From the NCBI GenBank assembly GCA_024636005.1, contig JAGXHV010000091.1, positions 2,133 through 66,132 on the forward strand: 64,000 bases of DNA. Direction: 5' to 3'. Numbering within the stretch: position 1 is the first letter of the stretch; the number at the start of each line of letters is the position of its first letter. The notes below the pieces were generated by a model. The model searched no databases and was not told the origin of the DNA. It saw nothing but the letters and a program-made list of their open reading frames with translations. Source of the DNA: Bacillota bacterium (GTDB lineage Bacteria; Bacillota; Clostridia; Peptostreptococcales; Acidaminobacteraceae). Position numbers and translations under genes: made by a program. Below are positions 29,193 through 39,492 of this stretch, piece by piece.

Positions 29193-29369
29193 TTCGCCTC
29201 CAAACGCTGACTTTATTCCGGGATAAATTTTCACCCTCACGAGCTAGTATACCATAATCAACCGCTTTTCCTATAGAAAAATATTTGAAGTTTTATTAAC
29301 AGGTTCTTCGATTTGGCACAAAAAAAATCCCTCGCTCTTATGGCAAAGGATTGCTCTATTAGGTTATGA

Positions 29370-29684
29370 TTATTCTCCTGCTTCACTGGAATAAAGTCCT
29401 TCATGAAATTCTCTGGACCACATGGAAGCTTCAAAATTTAATCTTTGTAGTTTCATCTCAATGGAATCGTGATGATGTTCGACTCTGTTTTCCCAAAAAA
29501 GTTCTTCTGGAAGTTTTACATGCAGTCCCATTTCGATAGCTTTGATTGCTCGTTCAATTCCATCGCTGATGTGGATCTTCTCGAAAGAGTCTTTAATAGA
29601 TTGTTTTTCGTGTTCGCCCAATTTCATTGAAAATAAATTCTCAATATAATCGTAAATTGCTGCAAATAAATCCATCTTATGCAT
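29370..29684 (-). CDS. Hypothetical protein (104 aa)
   Basis: GGAGG RBS; standalone ORF with a downstream hairpin. Confidence 0.65.
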   Translation of the reverse strand: MHKMDLFAAIYDYIENLFSMKLGEHEKQSIKDSFEKIHISDGIERAIKAIEMGLHVKLPEELFWENRVEHHHDSIEMKLQRLNFEASMWSREFHEGLYSSEAGE

Positions 29685-29894
29685 AAAATTTCCTCCATAG
29701 TCATTTTTTGTAATTGTTAATCTGCCTGCTTACCTAATATCATACCACAGATTGTACAGATTTTAAAACAAGATTTTTCATTTTTTCATAATTTTCTGAC
29801 ATTTTTCGATTTTTTTTATAATTTATAGTCAGTTTTCTGTGAGAATGGTACAATTGTAAGGCTGATGCAAATATTTCAATAACAGGAGAATTCC

Positions 29895-31955
29895 ATGAAA
29901 CCAAGAAAAAGTCGCACAAAATCATCTTTTCTCAACGTCAGGATCAAATTATTGTCCAGCTATGCCATTCTATTCTTTATTATCGTTGGTGCATTACTCT
30001 TCACAATCCAGGGCATCATCAATTTGAACAACATCATTCAAACCAACGATTATGTGAATCAAATTATCAGAAACATTGATCAGGTACTTTTCAATCAGAG
30101 CGAATACGAACTCACTGATGAATCTAATCATTTGGAAATCATTGATTCAGAACTTGAAAGCATTCATTCTACAACAGCTCTAATTCTATCCACTGAAAAA
30201 AATGCTCAGACAATTGCAAAAATCACTGAAATCAAAGATCTGGTCTCCTCTTATGAAACAGAACTTGAACTTTATCTCAAAAATAAATCTGATCGTCTTA
30301 ATGCGATTGAGGAGCTCGAACTGAATGCAGAGAAAGCGACGGCGTCCATCAACCAACTTAAAGCAGAACTGCTTCAACTCCTTGAAGAAAAAAAAGCAGA
30401 AGGTTTTGAAAACCCAAGTGAAATGGAATCACTCTACCAAGTCATCATCGATAGCTCAGAAATCGCTTTTACGATCAATACTCTTAGTCAACTTGAAAAA
30501 GATTACCTGATCACTGAAAGCAGTGAATCGCTTGAATTACTCACCAGTAGTGCTAAACAAGCCCAATCAAATATCATATCCATGAGCAATCGATTGAGGG
30601 AACTCGGTAAAGCCAGTGTGGTACAAGTCATCACCAGCGAAATAGGAAGTTACGCTCATAGCAGCAACAGACTTTTTATAATTGATGAAAATATGATGAA
30701 GCAAAAAGATATTCTTTTCAGTTTTATAGATCGTATCAGGATCACCAGCAATGAGATCTCTGAATCACAAAAAAAACTAGTCAACGTCATTAGTCAACAA
30801 ACTAAAAACACAGCATATATTGCATTGATATTCGGAGTAGTTGTCTCATTGATCTCCTCAATCGTTATTTACAGATCGATAACCGGACCACTTAAAAAAT
30901 TGACTCATGAATTAACAGGTGCAACGGAAAACAATGACCTCACCAAGCAGATTTTCTTGAAGGCCAATGATGAATTCCAAGTTTTAGCCAGTGCTTTCAA
31001 CGGATTCTCCCACAAAATTCATGGCATGGTCAAAGACATCGATCAAAATGCCGATGGGCTGGATCAACTCTCTGAAGAAGTCACTGTTCAGGTAAAACAG
31101 CTCAATGAATACATCGAAAACATTTCAGCAAGTGTTGAACAGCTCTCTGCAAGTATGGAAGAAACTAGTGCAGCTTCAGAAGAAATAGACGCTACCACGC
31201 ATGAAATTGATGAATTGATCACAAATATTGTGGGAAAAGCGCATAATGGTGTATCTTTTGCCAATGAGATCAAGATGAGATCGGAGTCCGTTAAAGCTAG
31301 TTCTGTTAAAGCGAAGTCGGAAGCCGTCAAACTCTATGAGTCCTCAAAATCCACACTCTCAATTTCAATAGAAAAATCAAGAGAAGTCGAGAAAATCAAT
31401 TTACTCTCGAATTCAATATTGGGTATCGCTGAGCAAACAAACCTACTTGCCCTCAATGCTGCAATTGAAGCAGCACGTGCAGGAGAAGCTGGACGAGGAT
31501 TTGCAGTGGTTGCAGATGAAATCAGAAAGCTAGCTGAAACAAGTCAATCGTCTGCAAGTGAAATTCAAGAGGTCACAAACGTTGTCATTTCCTCTGTAAA
31601 TGACCTAACAGATAGCGCAACACAGTTGATTGGATTCATTGAGACCAAGGTCCTTAGGGATTATGATCAGTTGATGAACCTTGGAGAACAGTACAATACT
31701 GATGCCAATGATCTGAATACCATGTTCGGAGACTTCGTATCCACAATGGATATGATGAAAACTTCCGTTGCTGAAGTCACTGAAGCTATCAGCAACATTT
31801 CCATTACCATCAATGAAAGTGCACGTGGGGTCACAGAAGTAGCAGAGAATATCACTGAAATCGTTTCTGTCTCAGATCATGTGGCAAAGGAAGTTGCAAC
31901 AGTCAAGTCAAGCAGTGAGACACTCAAAACTTATGTGGGAGCCTTCAAGATTTAG
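29895..31955 (+). CDS. Methyl-accepting chemotaxis protein
   Basis: Two TMs, [42 protein letters not shown]. Confidence 0.95.
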   Translation: MKPRKSRTKSSFLNVRIKLLSSYAILFFIIVGALLFTIQGIINLNNIIQTNDYVNQIIRNIDQVLFNQSEYELTDESNHLEIIDSELESIHSTTALILSTEKNAQTIAKITEIKDLVSSYETELELYLKNKSDRLNAIEELELNAEKATASINQLKAELLQLLEEKKAEGFENPSEMESLYQVIIDSSEIAFTINTLSQLEKDYLITESSESLELLTSSAKQAQSNIISMSNRLRELGKASVVQVITSEIGSYAHSSNRLFIIDENMMKQKDILFSFIDRIRITSNEISESQKKLVNVISQQTKNTAYIALIFGVVVSLISSIVIYRSITGPLKKLTHELTGATENNDLTKQIFLKANDEFQVLASAFNGFSHKIHGMVKDIDQNADGLDQLSEEVTVQVKQLNEYIENISASVEQLSASMEETSAASEEIDATTHEIDELITNIVGKAHNGVSFANEIKMRSESVKASSVKAKSEAVKLYESSKSTLSISIEKSREVEKINLLSNSILGIAEQTNLLALNAAIEAARAGEAGRGFAVVADEIRKLAETSQSSASEIQEVTNVVISSVNDLTDSATQLIGFIETKVLRDYDQLMNLGEQYNTDANDLNTMFGDFVSTMDMMKTSVAEVTEAISNISITINESARGVTEVAENITEIVSVSDHVAKEVATVKSSSETLKTYVGAFKI

Positions 31956-31998
31956 GGTATAAATGATAATAGTTCCAACTAGAATGGAGGTATGGATC

Positions 31999-33852
31999 AT
32001 GAATGCTTTTAAAGAATCAATCATCAAAGTATCAAAGGGAGCACTTAAAGCGTTTCAAAGATACCCTGCATCCGTTGCCAGTGCGTTAGCTTTTTCCATC
32101 GTGACAATGGTCAGGATTCAAATGGATTGGCCCGAACAGGAGGCCTATAATTTCCTGTTTAACACTTTACATTGGTCTTTTGCAGTAGGAGCAGTGTTCA
32201 GCTTGACCGCTATCACTGCGGCACATAGCAAAGTCAACACCAAAAAGGCATTTCTTGCTGCCAACTTGCTCGGTGTCGGATCGATAGTAATCACGTTTTT
32301 ACTGCTGTATTTCTTTGGGGAGTCTGATTTGTCAGATGCCACTTACCGTTATATGAGCATTTCCAATCTTGCTCTTGCAAGAGCTTCAGCGGTTATATTT
32401 ATCAGTATTGTTTCGTTCATTGTTGTTACCGCAAGACATAGTGAACGATTGGATTTATCAAAATCGTTTTTTATGACACACAAAGCTTTGTTTATAGCCT
32501 TGATTTACGGTTTTGTCATTATGAGTGGTGTTTCCGGTGTGGCTGGAGCGATTCAAGCACTTCTTTATAATGATATGAGTAGCAAAGTTTACGAGTACAT
32601 TGGAACACTGGTAGGATTTTTATCCTTTACCATATTCGTTGGTTTTTTCCCAAACTTCAGAAAAGGGGAAGATGACCCAAGGCTTGAGGAAACATCGGAC
32701 CAACCTCGATTTATTCAGATTTTGTTTGGAAACATCATGGTGCCAATTGCTCTCGCACTGACTATAGTTCTTTTGCTTTGGACTATTAGAAGTGCATTTT
32801 CCACAACAGACACGTCTTTCGAACAACTGTCTGCTATAGCAACAAGTTATGCACTTGGAGGAATCTGGTTACACATTATGTTGACGCATCATGAATCGCG
32901 TTTTTCTCAGTTTTACCGCCTGGTTTTTCCATACGCAGCACTTGTGATCTTAGCTTTTGAGGCAAGGGCACTCATCATTCAGTTGAATACCTACGGCTTA
33001 CAATCCACAGAGTATTCATTTATTTTAATCTGGATTTTCTCTGTGACAGCAGCTTTGCTCTTGATCATCAGAAAATCAAAATCCCACATCACCTTGGCAC
33101 TGACAACCTGTGTTCTTGCAGTTGTAGCTGTTTTACCGATTTTGGGATATCACGCCCTACCTGTAACAATGCAAATAGGTCGACTTGAGAACATCTTGAC
33201 TGAACAAGGCATACTATCTGATGGCAATCTTACTCCAGCTCAAAGCGAACCCGAACTAAAAGTCAGAGAGTCTATCACAGAATCAGTCATGTATCTGGCT
33301 TATGCTCAGGATGCCAAATTGCCTGAATGGTTCGACCGGGATTTGGGCGAGAACAATATTTTTAAATCCAAACTCGGCTTTGAGCAGGTGATGCCAAGAT
33401 TTGAAGAGGAATATTATGATGGCAACTACGCCTCACTGAGACTTCCTTCTGAAGCTGTTGACATCTTAGGATTTAGGTGGGCATTCAGTCTTGAAAACTT
33501 CGTGGGAAGAGATGCATCCTCATCATCAGTAGTAAATGGTGACAACGGAAAATACTTCGTTCAGTGGTCCATCAACACAACCTCCGGGATACCAAAACTA
33601 ATCATTGAAAAGGATGATCAAGTTATTTTGGAAGATGATATGAACACTTATATTGATCGTATAGCAGAAAAATTTCCACTAAGTGAATCCAGAGATGAAA
33701 GCGCTACCCTAGAGGATATGACTTATCTCATAGAAACACCAGAAATTACAGTATTGCTTGTCTTCAACAATATTGAGATCAATTCAGACAATCAAAATGA
33801 CAAAATCAATTATTGGATCAATATGAATGCCCTGTATATGAAAGAAAATTAA
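31999..33852 (+). CDS. DUF4153-like polytopic membrane protein
   Basis: AFQRYP N-terminal motif, ~11 TMs, soluble C-terminal part; GGAGG RBS before ATG 31999. Confidence 0.7.
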   Translation: MNAFKESIIKVSKGALKAFQRYPASVASALAFSIVTMVRIQMDWPEQEAYNFLFNTLHWSFAVGAVFSLTAITAAHSKVNTKKAFLAANLLGVGSIVITFLLLYFFGESDLSDATYRYMSISNLALARASAVIFISIVSFIVVTARHSERLDLSKSFFMTHKALFIALIYGFVIMSGVSGVAGAIQALLYNDMSSKVYEYIGTLVGFLSFTIFVGFFPNFRKGEDDPRLEETSDQPRFIQILFGNIMVPIALALTIVLLLWTIRSAFSTTDTSFEQLSAIATSYALGGIWLHIMLTHHESRFSQFYRLVFPYAALVILAFEARALIIQLNTYGLQSTEYSFILIWIFSVTAALLLIIRKSKSHITLALTTCVLAVVAVLPILGYHALPVTMQIGRLENILTEQGILSDGNLTPAQSEPELKVRESITESVMYLAYAQDAKLPEWFDRDLGENNIFKSKLGFEQVMPRFEEEYYDGNYASLRLPSEAVDILGFRWAFSLENFVGRDASSSSVVNGDNGKYFVQWSINTTSGIPKLIIEKDDQVILEDDMNTYIDRIAEKFPLSESRDESATLEDMTYLIETPEITVLLVFNNIEINSDNQNDKINYWINMNALYMKEN

Positions 33853-33859
33853 CCCAAAA

Positions 33860-33913
33860 TAAAACAGCAAGATTAGGCTCTAAGGTATTATCGAGTCGAA
33901 TCTTGCTGTTTTT
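33860..33913. terminator. Bidirectional intrinsic terminator
   Basis: AAAACAGCAAGATT...AATCTTGCTGTTTTT between convergent genes. Confidence 0.7.
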
Positions 33914-33923
33914 TGTTTGAGCA

Positions 33924-36329
33924 TCACATTTCAATGGTATTGCCACCGAGCATTTCAGCGACCCAATTGTGACAAGTTACAAAAATCACCTGATGCCTCT
34001 CAGCATGATTCTTGATCATTTCAATCGCCTTTTGTTGCCTGTTTTCATCCATATTTACCAAACAATCATCCAGGACTGTAAGTTTTTGAGTGCTCCCGCC
34101 GAGTTCATCAATGACAGCCAATCTAAATGCAAGTGCGACGCTATCAAGTGTTCCCGAAGACAGTAGTTTTGTCGGTAGCATTTTGTCATTGCTTCCAATA
34201 GTAACATCCAGTTTATCATCCATATCAATAAGGTCATATTTGTTCTGGGTGATGATGGATAAGTTTCGCATAAAAGAACGTTCCAGATCGCTGTGTGAAT
34301 CTTGCTTGAACTGCTCCAAGATTTGATCAAGCTTCTCCATGATAGTTTCCAGTTGCTTGGCTTTTTTTATGAGTTGCGTCATTTTTTGAGTTTCATCTTC
34401 ATAACTTTCATAGAATTCCTCTGAACTTCTCTCCGGCAGTTCGGATAAAACACGTTCTGCGGCAATTTCCAGTCTATTGATTTTCTCACTGAGGTCATCT
34501 CTAAGCCTCTGAGTATTTCTGATTTCAGATAAATACTCTTCAACAGTTGAAAACTCATCAGGCAGTTCACTGAGTTCAGACAATTCGGAATTTAGCCTTT
34601 TTTTCTCCGATAAATTCTCACCGAGTGTAATTGCGACATCATCATGGGTGGAAAACTTATCCTGCCATTGTTTCAATTGAAAATCACACTGGGTTTTGTT
34701 CTGATCAAAACCTCTTATTTCATTTAGAATCTCTTTAATGGATTCTTCAAGAATTTCAGTAGCTGGAAGTGACATTTGGTCATACTCTTTTTTTCTTTCA
34801 TCAAAATCCACATCCTCAGTAAAAGTATGAATCTCTTTCACTTGCTTTTCAATGCTTGCCAGTTTGATTTCAATTTCTCTGGCTTGAGCGTTTTTCAATT
34901 TGGCATCTTCTACAGAATTTGCTCCAAGCTCATTCAACTTTTCCTCTAAAGCGCTTGTATTCTGTCTGAATTCTTCTTTCACTTTTGTGAAATCTATTTG
35001 ATTGGACTGTATCTCTAGGGTGACCTGCTCCCCAATTTCGAGCTTCATATAGGCATTCGTGGTCCAAGTTTCTCCAACAGGTATTTTTATACTGTTTCCA
35101 TAAACATCGGTCACAATCGCAGGATGATTCGATTTCAAAAGTTGGCCTGCGAGTTCTGCGGATTTGAGTTTCACATCTGCGGAACTTATTGCTTTGTCCA
35201 GTCTTTCCAACCTGGTAACTTCATCTTTTGTGATTTTTGAAAATGCCTTGAGTTCAGTTCTTTTCTTTTCAATTTCCAAATTCAGTGCTCTTTTTTTCTC
35301 GAATGCCTTATATTCAAGCATGAATTTATCATAACTCTTGACTGCCTTTAATTTTTCTTGCACATTCACTAACTTAAGTTGAGCTTTCTCGATGTTCTTT
35401 TCAGCATTTGATTTGTCCGCTTCCACAGCTGGCCATTTTTTGTTCACATCCAGCAGTTCTTTGTTCTGATTTTCAATTTGATCCAGTTTGCCCTTTAAGG
35501 TTTGATGTTTGATGACTTCGGCTTCGATGCTTGCGATGGCATTCAACCTACCTATCAGTTTTGTCTTTTCCTCACTCAAAGTTTTGATTTCAGCTTGAAC
35601 CTTCTCAAGTTCTTTCTCACGTTCTTCTGTAAACTTCGCTTCAAAAGCTGCTCTTTCCGCTTCATAATGATGTGCAAGAATCAAACCTATTCTGTTCTTG
35701 TGAGGATTTTGCCACGATCTGTTGTTCATAGGTTTTTCTTTTTCCATATCCCAGTTGCTGGTCAATGTTTTGAGTTCGCTCTCAAGTCTACCTTTGTAAG
35801 CTTCTAAAGACAATCCGTCAAGATTCATGGATGCGTTTTTCAACAGTTGACTGATGGTTTGAACCGTTTCAGGATTTGTTTTGATATCGTCGAATAGTGC
35901 TTTGAAAGCCTCCTGTTTCGAGAACATCACGTTCGAGTAAGTGCCTTCCCCAAAGACGAGATATGCCTTCATGATTTCTTCTATGATGCTTTGATTCAAA
36001 ATTTTTGTGCCATCTTTTTCAAGTGATATTTTGGAATCGGACGAGTGCCACAATTTATGAAGTTTGTACTTAAATCCATCTGATTCGAATATGATGGCAC
36101 ATTCGGCATGATCACCACTTTCAAAAGGAAACGCCATTTCAGCGAACCTTTTGTCTTCGACTTTTTTGTTTCCGATTCTGGTGCTTGTGAAAAGTGTGGC
36201 ATATAGTGCTTCCATGGCCGAACTTTTGCCGGCTTCGTTGCGTCCGACGATGACATTGAGACCATCACCAAATTCAATGGTTTTATTGTTGATGCCAGCG
36301 AACTGGACAATATCGAGTTTTTTAATCAT
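33924..36329 (-). CDS. SbcC/Rad50-like (YhaN-type) coiled-coil ATPase
   Basis: Walker A GRNEAGKS, long coiled coil, LSSGT signature, VLDD Walker B, VTCH. Confidence 0.85.
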   Translation of the reverse strand: MIKKLDIVQFAGINNKTIEFGDGLNVIVGRNEAGKSSAMEALYATLFTSTRIGNKKVEDKRFAEMAFPFESGDHAECAIIFESDGFKYKLHKLWHSSDSKISLEKDGTKILNQSIIEEIMKAYLVFGEGTYSNVMFSKQEAFKALFDDIKTNPETVQTISQLLKNASMNLDGLSLEAYKGRLESELKTLTSNWDMEKEKPMNNRSWQNPHKNRIGLILAHHYEAERAAFEAKFTEEREKELEKVQAEIKTLSEEKTKLIGRLNAIASIEAEVIKHQTLKGKLDQIENQNKELLDVNKKWPAVEADKSNAEKNIEKAQLKLVNVQEKLKAVKSYDKFMLEYKAFEKKRALNLEIEKKRTELKAFSKITKDEVTRLERLDKAISSADVKLKSAELAGQLLKSNHPAIVTDVYGNSIKIPVGETWTTNAYMKLEIGEQVTLEIQSNQIDFTKVKEEFRQNTSALEEKLNELGANSVEDAKLKNAQAREIEIKLASIEKQVKEIHTFTEDVDFDERKKEYDQMSLPATEILEESIKEILNEIRGFDQNKTQCDFQLKQWQDKFSTHDDVAITLGENLSEKKRLNSELSELSELPDEFSTVEEYLSEIRNTQRLRDDLSEKINRLEIAAERVLSELPERSSEEFYESYEDETQKMTQLIKKAKQLETIMEKLDQILEQFKQDSHSDLERSFMRNLSIITQNKYDLIDMDDKLDVTIGSNDKMLPTKLLSSGTLDSVALAFRLAVIDELGGSTQKLTVLDDCLVNMDENRQQKAIEMIKNHAERHQVIFVTCHNWVAEMLGGNTIEM

Positions 36330-37443
36330 TGTCCATCACCTCCATCATGAGCTCATAGGCCAGATGTGCAGTTTCACCATCTGACTCGTCGATGAGTTTC
36401 ATCAAAAGCGCATAAGGCACCGAATCTTTTGTAAAGGATTTATCTATTGTCTCTGAAGTGAATTTCGGTTTCAGTGCCACTTCGTTGATTTCGACATAGG
36501 CGAATTTCTCCTCCGTGGCATTGAGCACTTCATATCTGTTTTCATAGTGGTCCTGATCCAGATACCCATCCAAGTGGATCCTGACAATAAGCTTTTCCAA
36601 ATTTTCGTTTGCAAATGGTTTCAAAAGCTCGGTTTCACTCAATTGGTCATTGACTTTTAGAACGATGTCGTAAAATTTATAAGTGCCAAGTCTTATTTTT
36701 TTAGCATGGATATTTTTGTGCTGGTCCAGTTCGATATACCATCCATTCCCATCAAAACGATAGTTTAGACCATCCGGTTCAGGTGTGCCTGCGTTATAGA
36801 CCCTATCGGTGGTGGTTTCCTGACTGAGTGGGTACGGCACATGTGTGTGCCCTATGAGACAGAGATCCATATCAAGTGCCCCAAGTTCCTGAAGCGTCAT
36901 AGGAAAATATTCATTGTTGAGATCCGGAGAAATCTCCTTGATGGATCCATGTGCCAAGAGGATGTTCATTCTATTTTTATCCGGGCTTGTTTCCTTGATC
37001 CATCCGATATTGTTGATCTTGCTGTGCTTGCTGTCGCAAGGTGAAGCGTAAACATCAACTCCGATGTCTTGGACTTCAAAGGAATAAACTCTACTTTCGT
37101 TCATTAGGACGCAATTGTCTGGCATGGTATCGCTGAAAGTTTGCCATAACTGCAATTGCTGATCGTAATAATCGTGGTTACCTGGTAAGATCCAAATATA
37201 ATCGCCACTGAAAGCTCCCAGAATTTCAGTGACCCTTACTACATCTCGTTTTGCAACTTTGATGGTTTCAAATATATCCCCTGTTATCGCAAGCACATCA
37301 CATTTCAGTTGATCTGCTTCAGTGACAGCATTTATAAGGGCTCCAAATCTCGATTCTATAAGATTGGCCCTTAGTGTATCGGGATACCTTTGGAATTTCA
37401 TGCCGATGTGTACATCTGAGATATGAAAAATTTTGATTGCCAT
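36322..37443 (-). CDS. SbcD/Mre11-like (YhaO-type) metallophosphoesterase nuclease
   Basis: SDVHIG, TGDIF, PGNHD, AHGS, IGHTH, GTPEP; overlaps the ATPase start. Confidence 0.9.
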   Translation of the reverse strand: MAIKIFHISDVHIGMKFQRYPDTLRANLIESRFGALINAVTEADQLKCDVLAITGDIFETIKVAKRDVVRVTEILGAFSGDYIWILPGNHDYYDQQLQLWQTFSDTMPDNCVLMNESRVYSFEVQDIGVDVYASPCDSKHSKINNIGWIKETSPDKNRMNILLAHGSIKEISPDLNNEYFPMTLQELGALDMDLCLIGHTHVPYPLSQETTTDRVYNAGTPEPDGLNYRFDGNGWYIELDQHKNIHAKKIRLGTYKFYDIVLKVNDQLSETELLKPFANENLEKLIVRIHLDGYLDQDHYENRYEVLNATEEKFAYVEINEVALKPKFTSETIDKSFTKDSVPYALLMKLIDESDGETAHLAYELMMEVMDND

Positions 37444-37455
37444 GTTAGTACTCCT

Positions 37456-38090
37456 TTACTGGCTTTTGTTTTTCCCTATGAAATGTGACAACATTCTAAA
37501 ATAAGCATACCCAATAATCCGTTTGAATACATTGATTTTACATTTATAAAAATAGCGTTGGTCCAAATATCCGTTTTCGGTCCAAAATATTAAATCAAGA
37601 GGTAGAACATGGATTGCCAATACCTTTTGTGTGTAGAACTCAAAGATTTGTTTCATACTCGGTTTGAAGTGCTTTTTGTTACTCTCATCCATGTAAAATT
37701 GAAATTTTGATATCGATTCTGGTGTAACCTCATTCTCAAAATTGAACATGGTTCTTGAAATAGCTCCAGTATAAATGGTTCCCCATTGAATGGAAACATC
37801 CTTAAGATAAGCGAGCGCTTGTTTGGATCCCGATACTTGAGTGGAGGTCACAAAGAAAATAGGTTTTCCAACCAGCGGAGACCTATGATACCACGCACAA
37901 CCTCTATCTATCAACATTTTAAGATACCCTGAAATCTGTCTAAGATAGACTGGCGTTCCAATGATCAGACCGTCAGCTTTACTCATTTTATCTAACAATT
38001 CTTCAGCGTCATCTTTGATGTTGCATTGACCATTTCTAAGACAATTTTCACATCCGACACAGGGGCATTGATGATTAATATTTTTTTCAT
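37456..38090 (-). pseudogene. Iron-sulfur flavoprotein/flavodoxin-family gene with an internal deletion and frameshift
   Basis: AAAGGA RBS + ATG 38090 gives MKKILIINA. The sequence then continues in another frame as PCVGCENCLRNGQCNIKDD...ADGLIIGTPVY, so the FMN phosphate-binding segment is missing. The ATG frame stops after 32 codons. Confidence 0.8.
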
Positions 38091-38112
38091 ATTGTCCTTT
38101 CTACTTTACCGT

Positions 38113-39405
38113 CTACTGCTCTACTGGATTATTGACCACGCCCATAAATAAATTGGCTCCGGTGATGTTGTCCTGGATGACGAGCAAGAACGGCTGATCA
38201 CATTTGAACTCAATTGGCTCATCTGGCTCTGGCATGGCGCTTTCAACAGCCATCTCCACGACAGTCACTGCTGCGGCTTCTGTGCCCTCCTCATCTACGA
38301 TGATTCTTGCGTTTTGAAAGATGTTATTGATGAAGACATTGCCTTCTGGTGCTACGACCAGTTTTGAAAAGTCTGCATTTCTTGTATCGAATGGAAGTGT
38401 CATTCCCAAACTGATCAAAATTTCCTTTAGATTGTTTTGGGTCTCAAAATCGAATTTTGGAAAATAAAGATCAATTTTTGCAGATTCAAAGGCGTCTCGA
38501 TTGATGCCGAGCATTACATTTTGAGAGGCTTCATCTGTGAAAAAAGCCTCTATATGATCCTTTGGCAGATACACGAGCATGCTTAAATCCCCATAATAAC
38601 CCATCGATAAGATTTGTGCCGATTCGGTCTCCATATAAGGATAATATCCCATATTTTTCATCATGTCGATATCAATTTTAGAGCCATCACTAAGTTCAAA
38701 AGGCATTTTGCTTGTAGCGCTTTCAGCGAACTCACTCATCCAATTCCCTTTGAAATACAGTGTGTTTATGAGTGCCGCTACTGTCTCGGGATCAAACTCT
38801 TTAAATGTGTCTTTCAGCAGTCCTCTGGTTTTGTTCTCCACCCAATTGTTCATCGCACTCACAGTCTCAGTAGAAGTAAAATCAACTTTGTAGACTTCTG
38901 AGTCAAATTCGCTTTTAAGTGTATCCACAAAGGGCTGTAAAGGAGTGAGGTCTTTTCGAACCCAAAGTGAGTTGGCAATGCTCAATATGGCGTTTGGATT
39001 TTCTTCGGTGGAAGTAGCTTCCATATAATTATAGATATTCATGACTTCATTGTATGCGCTGTTATCCAGTGAACCCTCGTAGTTCAAGGTGCTGAGGATC
39101 TGACTTTGAGTTTCACCCACTGCGCCATTTTGAACCATAGCGAGTGCATACGAAAGACTGATCGGAGACATCAGTTGATTTACATTCTTGTCCTTGTCAT
39201 AAATAATCTTAAAAATTTCATATCCGGTTAGGTTGGACTTGATCATTGCATCTTTCGCATTTTGAGAAGCGGCAGCTCTCAACCCCTTAAATTCAACGGT
39301 CTCGAACTCAACATTAACCTTAACTTTTTTTGCTCCACTCAGTACTGGTGCGCTGCACCCGGTCATTAAAACAATTGCAATAATAATCAATATTGTTTTT
39401 TTCAT
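38113..39405 (-). CDS. Serpin (lipoprotein)
   Basis: Lipobox LMTGC, MSPISL, NNWV..KT.G, NTLYFKG.W, hinge DEEGTEAAA, FKCDQPF, LFMG.V.NP. Confidence 0.93.
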   Translation of the reverse strand: MKKTILIIIAIVLMTGCSAPVLSGAKKVKVNVEFETVEFKGLRAAASQNAKDAMIKSNLTGYEIFKIIYDKDKNVNQLMSPISLSYALAMVQNGAVGETQSQILSTLNYEGSLDNSAYNEVMNIYNYMEATSTEENPNAILSIANSLWVRKDLTPLQPFVDTLKSEFDSEVYKVDFTSTETVSAMNNWVENKTRGLLKDTFKEFDPETVAALINTLYFKGNWMSEFAESATSKMPFELSDGSKIDIDMMKNMGYYPYMETESAQILSMGYYGDLSMLVYLPKDHIEAFFTDEASQNVMLGINRDAFESAKIDLYFPKFDFETQNNLKEILISLGMTLPFDTRNADFSKLVVAPEGNVFINNIFQNARIIVDEEGTEAAAVTVVEMAVESAMPEPDEPIEFKCDQPFLLVIQDNITGANLFMGVVNNPVEQ

Positions 39406-39492
39406 ATCACTTGCCTCCATTTTGTTTTAAATACTTCAATATCTATAGCCTTACCCCCAAAAATCGGGTAAAATCTAATTGAGGTGCTTAAT

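Noticed and set aside
25134-29240. Annotating the large ORF as canonical ppdK or ppsA
   Set aside because: The C-terminal PEP/pyruvate-binding barrel is absent and the protein ends right after the His domain.
33924-37443. SbcCD-like pair as a novel anti-phage system
   Set aside because: It matches the widespread YhaO/YhaN-type architecture and has no defence-island neighbours here.
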